64,000 bases of DNA from Parasitella parasitica NRRL 2501. Lineage: Eukaryota; Fungi; Mucoromycota. The stretch covers positions 62,001-126,000 of the forward strand of contig MU619243.1 of assembly GCA_025201805.1 (NCBI GenBank). The letters are read 5' to 3'. Each line of letters opens with the position of its first letter. The stretch's first letter is position 1. Positions 1-13,142 of this stretch are shown one piece after another. A program made the translations under genes and the position numbers. The notes under the pieces are model-generated. The model worked only from the letters and a program-made list of their open reading frames with translations, ran no database searches and had not been told where the DNA came from.

Positions 1-749
1 AGATGCTCTCACTTTGCCAAGTAATATCTGTGCATCAGCCTCGCCAACTTGGTCCACAATTGTCTTGTTCATTGCGGACCAAAACTCGGGGTTCGACAAT
101 TTTTGTTCCGCTTGAGCAGATATGCCAAAGCGACCTGTTGCGACGTTAGGAGGAAAAGCAGGAGAAGTAGAAGATGAGGAAGAAGTTGCTGCTGCTGCCG
201 GGGCTGCTGCGACCATGAGATGAATGACAGCATCTGGTTGAATGGAGAGCTCTCTAAGGGTCTTTTGATCAGGCAAAACTTTGCCCTTTATCAATAAACG
301 TTGGCGGTTGACAGCAAGTGAGCTTTGTTGTTGGTAAATGCGTTTTTTCAGTTGAGATACTGTGCAGCTCAAGGATAATCCGCCAATGGTGAACTGTGAC
401 GAAGGCTTCAGTACCTTGATAGTTACCTGGAAAGTGTCGTTATCCACAGCGGCATGATTGGCAACATTGGAGGTGGGCGCTGATTCTAGAGAGGAGTATT
501 AGCACAATATACGCGTGAAATTGCAGATCAAGTTACCCTTCTCACCGATAACAGCAGGTTGAAGCGGAACTCTCTGTAATAATTTTTAACATCTGGCAGT
601 GGATATAAGCAGATAAATTCAATTACCTTGATTCTCAAAGGAGAGGGAAAAGTGCGCGCCATGTAATCATCGCCATAACGAACAGATTTAGAAGAAAGAT
701 TTTCTAAATAGAGATTGATAAAGTCGAGTTCGGTTTGAGCAGATTGCAT
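1..749 (-). CDS. GET5: Get5/Mdy2 (UBL4A-like) ubiquitin-like domain protein of the GET pathway; 3 exons, 3' end runs off the window
   Basis: Exons 749-627, ~573-546 and ~485-1. The N-terminus FINLYLENLSSKSVRYGDDY resembles the Get5 Get4-binding segment. It is followed by a UBL domain (TVSQLKKRIYQQ..VNRQRLLIKGKVLPDQKTLRELSIQPDAVIHLMV) and a C-terminal LSNPEFW helix. Confidence 0.8.
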
Positions 750-1724
750 GCTGTCGTTGGTGTTGTAATGATAATCAAGGAGTGTAAAAAAAAAAAAAGA
801 AAGTGGGTGGGTAGGTCTGGTTTGATTCGCTTAAAAACAATTCAAAACCACCAATTTGCTTGATTCGTCAAAAAAAGGAAAGACAGGCAAGGCTCTCGAG
901 CACCTAGTAGTATAATCAAAAGGAGAAGATAAATAAACAATCAGGGAGCTTAAAGCGCTGAATGGCTTGTAGTAAGATTAGTATAATTTTGAACGTTTTG
1001 TTCTGAATGCAAACATAAGGAGATAGTCTTCTAATTCCTTTCAACCTTGTCAAATAGATACAGGTGCTAGCATTGGATGTACATTTCACTCCACCAAACA
1101 TCTATTCCATCTTGTAGCCGCTGAAATTTTATAGAAAATTAGCAGCGAGCTGTTTCTCCTTACAAAGTGGCGTTTCCTCAGATCTCCTTAAAAAAGCGCA
1201 ACGAGCCTTTTTAACCACTCCTATGTATCATGCTGCTGATACTTTGTGAAATGTTTGCATTTGCTAGATATTCTGTAACGTGTATGACTCTCCCTAAACT
1301 TTGCAGGGTAACACGCACAGCCAAAGTTGTAAAAGGCATTGCAATTGCAACCAGCAAAAGGGTGTCGAGGCAGTAACATGTAGCTGTTTTATATAGCTGG
1401 CCAAGAGCGAACCATTGCTGGGCTTTGTTACACTCGTCAAGGAGTAGGTTCTGTTTGTATGCTTTTGATTAAATTTCATAAAACCCGCCATGATGAAAGT
1501 TGACATTGATCTACACTGTTGGATATATCTGTCCCCTTTTTCCTTCATAAATAGAAAAAAAAAAGGCTGTTTGGAAAATAGTAGTTTCCAAATCGATTTG
1601 CATGCTTTATATTTTTGGTCATTTATAAACAGAGTGAATGCCATGTATTGCGCATGGAAGGTTTTTTCCCCTCCTCCTTCTCCTTATCCACTTTTTTTTT
1701 TTTACCTATTTTCTTTTTTCTCTC

Positions 1725-3242
1725 ATGGATAACAGTACAGTAGCGAATACAGACTCGATGCTTGGTTATGGTAGAGCAAATCCAGACAAGCTGGAAATTG
1801 CGTCCGAATTAACATCATTGGCATGCATCACCGTATTGGCACTGGCATTTGGTGCCAAGACGTATGGTGAAAAGCTAAAATCTTTAAATTATGGCCGTCT
1901 ATTGGTCTTACTGCTGTACGCTTGCTCCTGGGCATTTGCAGCGACATCCATCGTTGTAGTGTCTACTAATAATAGTAAAAAATCAAATAAAAATTATGAT
2001 TTGCACGATGATTATATTGACAAAAAAAAAAAATAGATAATTTGGTTTCGTGTACAATTGGCATGCTTGCTTGCGATGTCTTTTATTCTGGCAGTAAAAT
2101 TATAATTTACGCATGGTTAGTTGTATACTGAATCTGTCAATACTGCTTGTAATTTATAATAGCTCATTCATATTCATAGGCTTATCGAACGTGTTCATGT
2201 AGTCACAGCAGTAAAAACCACTCGCCTCAAGACAAACCAATACAGATTTCATATCCTCTTGCTCTGTCCGTACATTATCATTGCTGCATTAATGGTAAAT
2301 GAACACATCATATGAGCAAATATTATGAAATGTTTGGGCTAAATAACTTGTAATTAGCTGAGCTTTAGAAATATCTATTTAGAGCCTGATGGATCGTGTA
2401 CTATTGGGTTGCAACTTATTGCCAGTGTTCCCTTGTTGGTAAGTGCTTTTTTTTTATAAAGCATATATAAAACTAAACTGACCCCATTTGTTCATATTAG
2501 GTGTATGATTTTGTATGTTGTATCATAATGTTAGTGATTTGGCGTATTTTTCTGATTTTTTTTGGCTTGGTTAGATTTTTAACTTTTACCTGACATGGCT
2601 CTTTATAAAGCCGCTAAGGAAAATCGGGCGAAATTCCCGTCAAGACTGGAAATCGTCCAGATTGTACAAATTATCAAAGAGAACTCTAGTAGCCTCTATC
2701 GTGTGCTTGTCAGTCTCTTTTATTAACGTGCTGTTTGTGGTGCTGACCCATGGTCATGAAAGAGGGCTGGTCTGTCTAACCATGTGCACTGTGGATGTAA
2801 CTGTAAGTTGATTGAAATGCAATGATTTACAATACTTGAATGGGCATATCAAAGCTGACTGTCTATCTCCTATTATCTCCACTCTTGACCCCCCCAAAAA
2901 AAAGGTAAATGTTGTCACTGTTCATTGGGTAAGTTGCGTATTCTACCACTACTATGTGTGCTAGTGTTAATTAGCAATGAGATGTGTATATTGACAGCAA
3001 ACTATAATTAGGTTACTACGAGTGGTCCAATGTTTGGTTTAAAAAAAAACCGAACAAAATTACATAATGATGAGCCCCCGACAGCCGAAATGACATTTGA
3101 TGGTGCTCCTAATCATGAAAAAGCAACAAGATATGATATTCAGATGGTAGAACCAGACATCGTGGACGATGAAGATGACAGCATCATATCTGCCAAGGAT
3201 TCGCAATCAAGCGAAAACCCCATCAACCAGCGTTACAACTAA
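1725..3242 (+). CDS. Multi-pass (7TM, GPCR-like) membrane protein; 8 exons
   Basis: Exons 1725-1974, 2037-2115, 2180-2294, 2358-2438, 2501-2512, 2575-2802, 2905-2928 and 3012-3242 join in frame through GT-AG introns. About 7 hydrophobic helices, ending VDVTVNVVTVHWVT plus an acidic tail. Confidence 0.75.
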
Positions 3243-3537
3243 ACTACGTTTGTCAATAAAACGAAAAGCATACCTTTGTTTGTTGTAAACTAGTACGATT
3301 TGACAAGATTATGTTATTGTCAATTAAATTTAAATATGCCTCAAGTATGGCATTATACGTTCATTATAAAAATATCTACCAAGAATCATTTTTAGACTTG
3401 CATAAATGCCATATGTCTTGTTTATCGTAACATGATGCATCCATTTGTATGGGTACAAAAAGGCATAAAGACACCCGTCTATGGCATAGACACAAGAATT
3501 TTTATTTTTACTTTTATTTATTTATTTTTTTTGGCAT

Positions 3538-4230
3538 TTAGTATAAACGGGTTATTACAGCATTTTTGTCCATAGGGTTATTATTGTGATATTGCATTAG
3601 TCTTTCATATCTTGTTTTGATTTCATGTTCATTTTTTTTGGCTATAGCTAGTTCATCACGAAGATTCATCACTTGTGTGGCAAGCTGCATAATTCGGTCC
3701 TGCATTGCATGTGTCAAGGCTTGCTTCTTGGCTCGATATTTGGCTGAGGCCAACTTATTTCTTGCTCGCCTTGTCGCTAATGCGTCAGATTTATTGCTAA
3801 ACGACCTTGGCCTGCTGCCTTCAAAGGCAGCATCGAAATTTGAAAAGAGAGAATTCTGTCTGCTGTGTTGGTACGGATGATGCTGCTGATGTTGATGGTG
3901 GAGATCATCTTCTTCATGATCTGAAGAGTGTGCAGAAGAAGACGAAAACGATGGCGAGGATAATGACAAGGAGTGGTATCTTGAGCGATTTGATAAGGAG
4001 GCCGATGATGTGGTGCGCACCATTGCATGCGTAGGATACCGATCCGAGACATTAGTATCATTACTGCTGCTGCTGTGAAGCCAATGGCCGACTGACACTG
4101 GCTGTTGTTCGTGAGAAAGGGCAGAGTCAGCAATGCTGCAAAGAGGCGGTAAATTGTATTCGGCCTTTGTAGAGCATGGAGATGTAATGGCACCAATTGA
4201 CATGACACTGGTAGACTGTGTAGAGAGCAT
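3538..4230 (-). CDS. bZIP transcription factor
   Basis: Intronless 230-aa ORF with basic region RRARNKLASAKYRAKK, a leucine-zipper heptad and a Ser/His-rich N-terminus. Confidence 0.9.
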   Translation of the reverse strand: MLSTQSTSVMSIGAITSPCSTKAEYNLPPLCSIADSALSHEQQPVSVGHWLHSSSSNDTNVSDRYPTHAMVRTTSSASLSNRSRYHSLSLSSPSFSSSSAHSSDHEEDDLHHQHQQHHPYQHSRQNSLFSNFDAAFEGSRPRSFSNKSDALATRRARNKLASAKYRAKKQALTHAMQDRIMQLATQVMNLRDELAIAKKNEHEIKTRYERLMQYHNNNPMDKNAVITRLY

Positions 4231-5968
4231 TTTTTTATATTTTGTATGGATTTTTTTTTTTTATGTATAGAAGGAAAACAATGAGAAAGAGGAACGAAGA
4301 AGAAGAAAAAGAGCTAAACATAGTTATCCTTTATATATTCTTTTTGCCCTCATGATGTAATATGCTTTATAGAATTCTCTCAACATGGAGGGCCTATGTA
4401 TGGTATGTATGCATCTAATTTAGGGATTTTATGTTTCGATATCTCAAGTAATCATCTCCTGAATCGCGGTAAAAACTACCCGCTTCCTCAAATGTTGAAT
4501 AATGTAGTCGACTTGGCGTCATGGAGGGAGAGATAGAGAGAGCTATAGACAGATTGACAGGCAGAAATACAGACAGGCAAAGCGAGAGAGGGCAATCAAG
4601 GCGTATTTGATCGCAGGGTAAAAGAGATGTACCGTACATGTTACCGATTTTCAAATAAAAGTTTTTTCTATTTACAGAAAACTGTCTATCAGCTTACTAT
4701 CAATCAAATCGATTGTCATTATTTAGATTGAATCATTTCGTTTATTACAACATCTCTTTCCACCGGTGAGAATCTCGGCGTATATTATGTACATAAACAC
4801 AGAGACTTGTGCTGTATATGTAGCTCGATGTTATTCATGCCTTGGGTCCAGCAAAACTTTATTCAATTTAAAGTTATCACATACACGACGCACACACAAT
4901 CCAAAAAGATGTTCTATATCTAGTCTTTTCCGTTTTAGAAAAGGGTATGCCGGTTAGAACCAAAAACCCCAGTTTATGGTTACTGAATAGAAGGAATTAG
5001 AAGAAAACTACTGTTGGCACGTTAATTTGTATCGTCTGTTTCTATAACTCGGTCGTTTAACATAATCTTTCGATCAATAAATCTCTTATGCAACAATGTA
5101 TATAACTAGCATAATACCATCATCATAAATGAGATTTTGATCTTCATCGTGATATCTAGCATAAATCGTTGATCGCATTTTTTTTAATACGTCCACAAGC
5201 TTAAGTTGGCTCTTGGAAAAGGAGACGTTTTATGTATCTCTATGTGGTGTCATTTCTTGTCCATGTGCGGGTGTATACGTGCTGGTTGATCCAATTCTAA
5301 ACAAGAGGGCATATTTAATATACATAGACCAGCTATAATATAATGTACAATCGAGGGCATCATCAATCATATCCACATGACTGCATTAGATTGACTACAA
5401 GTGCTAGTAATTATTAATAAGACAATATTTATATTAATTGAGTCCAGTTACAATGCTCGACAGTGCAGTACAATAAAGTTCCTAGATTAACTGCATGTGT
5501 TTCAACTTGTTCCCCCGCCCCCTTTCCCTCGCTACACATTGCGTTCGCAAATATCTCATTGCAGCAGGCATTTCTTTGATCCAATACCATACTAGCTGCA
5601 GTATTTGAATGGCATGTGGAAGAGTCTTTTTTCCTCCTCGCCTAAAAGAGAGCATTAGAACAGCAATCGACGCTCCTTCCTTGTTCTTTAATTCAATCTA
5701 AATCTCGACTAATACACATATTTAATATGCACTTGAGCCTTTGAAAATTGAATAATGATTTATAACAGTCCATTGTATAAAGGCTATTACACATGTATAT
5801 GTGGTTTCAAGATCATCACCATTACTGGGAAACAAACATGGATTTATGCATTTATCAAGTTTTAGCCAAGATTTTAAGACAATTATCAATATGTGTATCT
5901 TTGTGTATATAACGCCTTCACCCCCCCCCCATTCCCCCACCCGCCCTGACCCCAACCCCTCGAGACCC

Positions 5969-7228
5969 TTAGAAATCCGTCCATTGATAGCCTTCACACT
6001 CTCTTGCGCGTGGAAGCTCCTGAACCATCTTTCTAATTGTTGCAGATGATAGTCCATAGTATTCCGTTCCTGAAACAGTGTTTTTGTATACTTTCTTCCT
6101 CAATATATTGGATCTTCTAAGGACCTCTGCCCATGCATCAGTAGGAGTGAGTTTGCGAATTTCAATCTCGGGTGCGTCTTCACCTTGTATACAAAACTAA
6201 AGTTTGTTTAGCCAAAAATAAGCTTTGTCCTCCCTCGCACGTACTTACCACAGGCTTATCATTTTCTTCATCTCTCTCAATGGTGCATGTATACATTGTA
6301 AATACATCTTCTTGTACCATACTTCTAAAAGTTCTGGTGTATATATATACATCCGTTAGTCCTAAAATGAGATAATGCATCCTCCTAACCATTCATCTAC
6401 AAAATACCTTTGTATCGCATAGCCAACAGGGAATATATGAGTTTGTGAATAAAAGGATGGCTCGGGTATGATTTCACCTAATGAAATCAACTTGACTCTT
6501 CCCAGTTGCACTGGAAGGATGTAGTTGCCATGCTCATCTTTTTTGACGTCAACTGGCTTATTCGATCTCTGCCGTTTGGGCTGTCCTGTCTTGTCTTGCG
6601 AAGAGGAGCCTGCTCCTGCTCCTGCTCCTCCTGCCATCTTTTTGCGTTTCACAGCTGGTGCATGCTCTGCCGGATCCTCTTCCCTCAAGTGTCTCTTTTT
6701 GGATGTAGCAGTAGTGGTAATGTGGGCATCATCATCATCAGAAACGATGTCAGAATCTATGTCACCCGGAGATAAGTCACTATCGTCATCGTCGTCATCT
6801 GCATAGTCGTTCTTGTTGGCTTTCACGATAACATCCAGTAATACGCTGTATAGACACGTAAATATCAACTCTGTTGTGCCATCATATTGACTTTGCCATT
6901 GAAGTACCTCCTTTGCTTCCTTAATCTGGATATTTTTAGCAATGAGCTCTCTAGTTGTTTTGTGAGTTCAGCATTTCTCTAAATCAATGGCACAAAGAGT
7001 TAGAACCTCAAATGTATAAGCGGACTCACTGAAGAAAATGAGAAGGAGAGTAGATGAGATCATAGTTTATACCTCTAATAGCCTTTCGACGTTTGATTCT
7101 AATGCTTCAGCGGTGGTATCAGGATTGTTGGATGCGCGCTTGGTTTGTTGCTGCTGCTCCTTTAAACCATTCAATGGTTTCTTCGCGAGTTCTACCAAAG
7201 AATGTTGTGGGATTGAATGGTTGTCCAT
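5969..7228 (-). CDS. FYRN/FYRC (TBRG1-like) chromatin-associated protein; multi-exon
   Basis: ATG at 7228 (MDNHSIPQ...), then coiled coil ELTKQLESSLLKISRLRKQRSVLLD. FYRN: LPVQLGRVKLISLGEI...IFPVGY...YTCTI. FYRC: PTDAWAEV...SGTEYYGLSSATIRKMVQELPRAREC. TAA at 5969-5971. Confidence 0.85.
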
Positions 7229-7706
7229 ACAAGTATTCGCTCAAAATGATGCACCTTGATATTTCAAAGGAAAAGGCAGAAAAAGAGTTTTTTTTTTCAG
7301 TGATACCGTCAGGCCCCAGTTTTAAAAACGCGCTTCTGGTATACCAAGCGAGTAAACGATATTCAGGGAACCCTATCTCAAGCGCGCTGGCCTTTGCCAA
7401 GCGTATCAATTGGAGCTCAAAGACTTGTTTATGTTTGGATCATCCCAGAGCGAGTCTAAAATCATTCAATACACTAATAATCAAAATTCGATTGCGAAAC
7501 AGCATTTATTCTTTCACAAAACTACAATCGCATAGCACGAGAGCCTCTCCCTTCCATGTCTTTGATGCATTAAACTTTTTTACACACATACCATCAGGGC
7601 AGTATACAGCCAAACTTTTAGCTGCTCTGAAATATAGATTCCAAGCACCACCGCTTTGCGCAGTATTAGCGATATGTTATAGTAATAATGTGCCATAGTT
7701 TAATCA

Positions 7707-8768
7707 TTAAGAGTAGTAGAATGTTGATGGGGCAGAAGCATTTGCTGAAGACACATAGGCTCCTGGTATGGTACTAAGCAGTGGGTGTTGGCGCGCAAGT
7801 ATCGAATAGCAATCTACTTGATGTCTACTTAATTGATTGCCATGACTGTAACTTTCGGGTAGCTCTAATTTCTCAATGTGAGGCGTTATAGGTGCTGCGT
7901 ATTTCTTTGCTGCGTGTGCTCTATTTGAATTTCTACTCGTACGACTGGACGATAGTTTCCATGCATCTTTCGCATTGTCGTTTGGTAGCAGTAGAGTGAT
8001 GTTATCAGAGATTTTCTTGTTGGGCTGTATCATGCAGGCGCTTACAACGAGAATAATCCATAAAACACACACAACAACAGAGATCACATATGTGCCATCC
8101 ACCAAAAGGCATCTTTATTTGTGTGCAGTACTAACGGGTTAGCCACGTATACTCTTGCCAACTGGCAAATTGTAGACAGATTTATACCTTTGCATCAACA
8201 GCGGGTATGTCGCGTCATGCTCTTGATCTAACATGGAGCAATGGGTAATAAACCCTTTTGCTGGCTCCTTGAATTCTACAATGCCATGTGTCCAAGGCTC
8301 TTGATTGCTCAGGAATGTATTTGCGATAATTATTATAATTAAAACGACAATATTGACTGTACCCAGGCATTTGTCTCCACGTAAAATATGTCCTCGTTTA
8401 CAGCATGTAGCATGTGCACATACTGCTAGTGCGCTCATTACTGATAAGCTAAATAGAATGTACCAAGCTAAATACTAAGGTAATACTTGTGAATATGGCT
8501 ATGCAATGATCGATGTGAAATATTCAACACAATACACATACCTGCCAATGCCCTGCTGCAAACCAATTTGGTATATTTGTCTACACTCCAAATGTTGTTG
8601 AATGAATTTATGCATGTAATCTCTATGATTGAGTCGAATCCAAGTTCTTACCTTGTCTTGGTACACATTCAACAAGGTGCACTGCGCAAAATGGCAGCCC
8701 AAACCAATGAAACTGAACAATAATGTCAAAAATCGTAGTGCGTTGATGTATTTTATTGAGTTTTTCAT
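7707..8768 (-). CDS. Hypothetical 4-TM (MARVEL-like) membrane protein; multi-exon
   Basis: ATG at 8768 (MKNSIKYINALRFLTLLFSFIGLGCH). Successive hydrophobic exons match ORFs 8499-8816, 8139-8438 and 7707-8105, separated by GT-AG introns. Confidence 0.6.
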
Positions 8769-10109
8769 GGAGTATAGATGATATAAACTAAAAGCGAAAA
8801 AGAGGAATGCAGACAATTTTTGTTTGATTCATGCTTACCGAGGTTACGCACCATTCGAATTTAAGGAGCTGCACATATACTTAAACACTGATATGAGACA
8901 GAGGGAGTTCATTGCTTTATATATTATTATTACCATTAAACATATTCATATCAACTAAAATGCAATAATTATAGTACAAGATAAAAACTCTCCTTCCTCA
9001 TGTTATAAATCCAAAAGTATGAGGAGGATATCACTCAAGTACCATAAATGTCTATGGGATACAGCAAATCTAATTGCCAAGATGTGTACTTTGGTCGAAA
9101 ATACGTACAAGTACATGCGCACGACTTGGGAATGCATACATGTGTATATGCATAATATCTATTAGGTTTAAGAGTAGTTGTACACTGTAAATGACTTTGT
9201 GCGGAACACCCATTAATACATGTGTCTGTAATCGCAAATAAGGGGTAGCTATAGTTACAATCGAAACTAATAAGCATTCTTGATTTAACTTTTCCTATGG
9301 AATTACGAGCAACAATAATGTAGCGCATTACAAGATTCTCTATCAAGCTCCATAGTCTAATACGTATAGGTAAATGTGTTAAACTCTCTTTAAATGCTTA
9401 GATAGTGTTATTGCTCTCCATGTATAAAAAAAAAAAAAAAGAAAATGAATGCATTTTCCAGCTGTCAAAAGTAACAATCTTATCATTCTTTATTGCAAAC
9501 ATTCTGCTCTAGATCATTGTTTGCGATGACAAAATTTCGAACCTGAAATCCAACAATATTGTATATGACACCGTTGAAAAACTTATTGCTTCAAATTATC
9601 ATAGGTAAGAATGATAAGCGAACATACGTAGAGCTGATTGTAGAAATCTAGACCCTTCTTCTGGTTAGGATAATAAAAAAGATAGATAGCCCTTAATCTG
9701 AAGGAATCTTGTTGAATAAGTTTGCCGAAGTGTAACTTTTTTTTATGCTTTTATGCGCATTCATCAATTACCTAATGAGATTGCTTCCAGTATACAAAAT
9801 TCTGAGTTAGTCAATTATATTCACGTTAGCGAGCTACCCTCTATATATTATATGCTTATCCATATGTTAAGATGGGGACATTTAAGATTCCCAATAATAA
9901 AGTAGCACTACTGTGATGAGCAGCATAATCTGCCAAAACTATCTAATGATTGACCGACTAAGCTCCATATGGTATAATATACTCAATTGGTGGGTGATCA
10001 AAAGTCTGCCCTTCAACGAAACAACAACTGAAAAAAAAAGCCCAACAACCAAAATACTATTAATTCACTTGCACAAAAGTTTTATAAGTTTAAACAAAAA
10101 GTAGTTAAT

Positions 10110-10760
10110 TTAAACCTTTGATGCTTCTTTGAAGTAGTTGGCAAGGGTACCTCTCTGGGGAACAAACTTGACATAACAACCGTCAGGTCTGAGAGAACCA
10201 GCAGCACGAGCCTCAACATATTCAGCACGAGTAAGAGGAGTGAAACCCCACTTCTTGGAGATGATGATCTTTTGTTGACCAGGGAACTTGTACTTGCAAC
10301 GTCTCAAAGCTTCAATAACGACAGCCTTGTTGGAATCCTTAGTACGAACAGAGAAGATGATCTGACCAATGTTGACACGAGCGACAAGGCCGTTGGGCTT
10401 ACCGAAAGCACCACGCATACCAGTTTGCAATCTATCGGCACCAGCACAAGACAACATTTTGTTGATACGGGTGACATGGTAAGGGTGGACACGAATACGC
10501 ATGTGGAAAGAGTCCTTGCCGGAAGTCTTGGACATGTACTTGTTGGCACAAATACGGCCAGCTTCGAGAGCTTCGGCAGACAATTGTTCGTATTCATTAG
10601 AGACCAAATGGACACAAAGAGGGAAATCGTCAACAGATGCCTTCTTACGACCTAAATCGTAAATTCTGAGCTTGGCATCAGGGACACCACGACAGTATCT
10701 GGACTTGGGGTAAGGCTTGTTCTTACAGTAACGATAACAACGAGCAGGACGACGACCCAT
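10110..10760 (-). CDS. RPL10: 60S ribosomal protein L10 (uL16/QM)
   Basis: [28 protein letters not shown]...[23 protein letters not shown]; strong codon bias. Confidence 0.99.
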   Translation of the reverse strand: MGRRPARCYRYCKNKPYPKSRYCRGVPDAKLRIYDLGRKKASVDDFPLCVHLVSNEYEQLSAEALEAGRICANKYMSKTSGKDSFHMRIRVHPYHVTRINKMLSCAGADRLQTGMRGAFGKPNGLVARVNIGQIIFSVRTKDSNKAVVIEALRRCKYKFPGQQKIIISKKWGFTPLTRAEYVEARAAGSLRPDGCYVKFVPQRGTLANYFKEASKV

Positions 10761-10768
10761 TTTTTATT

Positions 10769-11028
10769 CTATATAAATAAAAGTGTTTAGAGACTAATGG
10801 TTTCTTTTTCAAGTATTGCAATGAGTATTTCAATGCGGATCAAAGGAATTAAGATATAGGATAATAATTCAAAGACTGAAGTTCGAGCAAGCTGATTTGG
10901 CATCCATGAAATTTCTTGATTATCATTGATCCGATGAAGCATTCATCAACTTGGCTGTTCACATGTCTCTCCATTAATCATATTCAATGATGCTGAAATA
11001 TCACTGCACTACTAGATGGATGTATTAC
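10769..11028 (-). other. Predicted 260-nt 5'-UTR intron of RPL10
   Basis: Donor AAG/GTAATA at 11028 follows a pyrimidine-rich leader (CTCTTCTCTTCAACACAAAG). Acceptor TATAG lies 8 nt before the ATG. Confidence 0.7.
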
Positions 11029-11330
11029 CTTTGTGTTGAAGAGAAGAGCTTGTTACTCTATAGGAGGATGTGTGAACCTCATCAAGCTCATCGTTGGGAA
11101 TCAGAAACCGAGTCCATCGCTGTTAGCCGGTCCGGACGCTCTGTGACAAGTGCACACCGATCCATCATGCATTTGATGACAATCCCATGGGAAAACAAGC
11201 AGGGAAGCAATCAATCGATTAAACAAGGTCTCCAACTATACAGCAAATTAAAAGTGATAAAAGGCATAAGTTGCCGTTGGCTTTAATATATTTTAAAAAA
11301 CAGAAATAAATTCATATCGAACAAACAGAT

Positions 11331-12035
11331 TTATTCGCGGGTACCACGACCTAAACATATATCAAAAGCTCAATTATCGTTTCCAACATCAAAACTAGCA
11401 CAACATACCAAGACCACCACGGAATTCAGGCTTGAAGTCACCATCAGCACCTTCCTTGCGTCTGTAATCACCACGATCACCACGAGGACCACGGTTCTCG
11501 CGACCTTCACCGCCGACTACATTATAAATAAGATTAATGTACATGTTGAAATCATCTCTATTTTAGCCGAGACTTACAGGCACGACGAGGAGCAGCAGGA
11601 CGAGCAGATTTCTTCAAGGTAGCAGGAACAATTTCTTGGGGCAAGTGGAGGTCTACAAAAATTCGAATCGTTGGTATGAAATTTTAGTGATTTACTCTTA
11701 TAGCAAGCTTACATTCACGGAGGTAATCGATACCCTCATCAGTGAGAGTATAATAATACCATTGCCAAGAGAATTGAGTCTTGACGAGTCCCTTGGAAGT
11801 TAAAGATTGCATGAGCTTGATGACTTCGAGGTTAGGAACATCGAGGTCAGCGTGCTTGGGAAGGTTGTAGTCCTTGGGAGCAACTAAAGCACCGTCTAAA
11901 ATAAATCAAATATCAATATCTCTGTCTGCTTGATGCTTCAAGGCATTGAGATTTCTTTTTGGTTTCTAAAACTGTAAAATTACCCTTGAAGAGAGCTTCG
12001 TAGATGACCTTTCTGTTTTGCTTAGAGACAAGCAT
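11331..12035 (-). CDS. RPS10: 40S ribosomal protein S10 (eS10); multi-exon
   Basis: MLVSKQNRKVIYEALFK / GALVAPKDYNLPKH..VPNLEVIKLMQSLTSKGLVKTQFSWQWYYYTLTDEGIDYLRE / LHLPQEIVPATLKK ... RGDYRRKEGADGDFKPEFRGG. TAA at 11331. Confidence 0.97.
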
Positions 12036-12046
12036 ATTTGTGCCTT

Positions 12047-12326
12047 CTAAGTTTGAAAGAAATAGACATGTCAATATCGGCCGATTCGATAAACGTTGTA
12101 TGTATTCCACTCTGTCTCTCTATCTATATCTATTTCTCTGGTTTCTCTCTCCTCCCACTCCCATCTCATTTGACATTTTACGAATTGTTTTTTTTTAAAA
12201 AAAATAAAAGATAATCCCTCTTATATTTATAAACTAATCCATCCATCTAAATCTATGTAATTCCATCATGTCTCTCGCTTTCCTTCCCTGTCCTGCAATA
12301 TCCCATTCTAGATGTACTCTACTTAC
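12047..12326 (-). other. Predicted 280-nt 5'-UTR intron of RPS10
   Basis: Donor GTAAGT at 12326 follows TATAAA and CCTTCTCTCATCACC. Acceptor TTAG lies 11 nt before the ATG. Confidence 0.7.
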
Positions 12327-12553
12327 AATATGGTGATGAGAGAAGGTTTATACCACTTGTGGATGGCGCTTCCCTAGATGATACTGATCGGGAGGTCTAC
12401 TTTCTGCCAGTTTACTTGGCCGAAAAGGCAAAGATTTGTGACTCCCAGTCCGACAATCGAGATGAATGTACTAGATTAACAGATTGAATGCTGAGCCGAT
12501 AATGGTATTTCATTTGTACAAAAGAGGTGTTGATTTTATTAAATATACATAAT

Positions 12554-13142
12554 TTAGGCATAGATGTCGGGTCCAGTAGGTGCCTGGTGGCCAGAAGTAG
12601 CCTCCAATTCAGGCATGTCATCTAATGACAAGTATATAATGATGACAGGCACCTTTTTATTCACTTGCACACTATACACTAATGAGAATTTTAAATTTTT
12701 CTTTGCAAATGCCCTCTCTATTTTTACCTGTCTAATTTCTCATCGTTGATAGCATCCCATTGTTCAATGACTGATACACTACCTACTTGGGTATATTGGT
12801 GCAAAGTGCCCTGCATTTTTCTTTTGACTATTTCTATCACGGTAACTGCTTTATTGACGAACTGGCCTTTTCCTACCACCACAATATACGCTTTGCTGTC
12901 CTTCTAATTATACCAGTATTGTCCATTAGATAATCATTATCAACACATATTACGAAACTCACCTGTAGCAGCTTGAGACATGTATCTACATAGACTGGAA
13001 TCTTACTATGGCTGATTCGAACCTCATTATCAGCAGGTGGCTTCTCTGCTTCTGTCTTGTCTACGTTTTTGTTCGTTCTTTTATATTCTTCCACTAGATA
13101 CAATTATTAAGTCTACTGGTTCAAATAATTCGAGATACACAT
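12554..13142 (-). CDS. Alba-domain protein (Rpp25/Alba-like); start exon uncertain
   Basis: EEYKR...DNEVRIS..KIPVYVDTCLKLLQ / YIVVVGKGQFVNKAVTVIEIVKRKMQGTLHQYTQV..EQWD..../ KKVPVIIIYLSLD matches the Alba/RPP25 signature. TAA at 12554. The ATG at 13142 assumes a 45-nt first intron. Confidence 0.8.

Noticed and set aside
7093-7698. 201-aa plus-strand ORF
   Set aside because: Overlaps the first exon and promoter of the minus-strand FYR gene, has no ATG start and no recognisable domain; likely spurious.
10272-10655. ORFs antisense to or out of frame with RPL10, and similar shadow ORFs inside UTP20, PL8 and TFC3
   Set aside because: Explained by the codon bias of the real genes.
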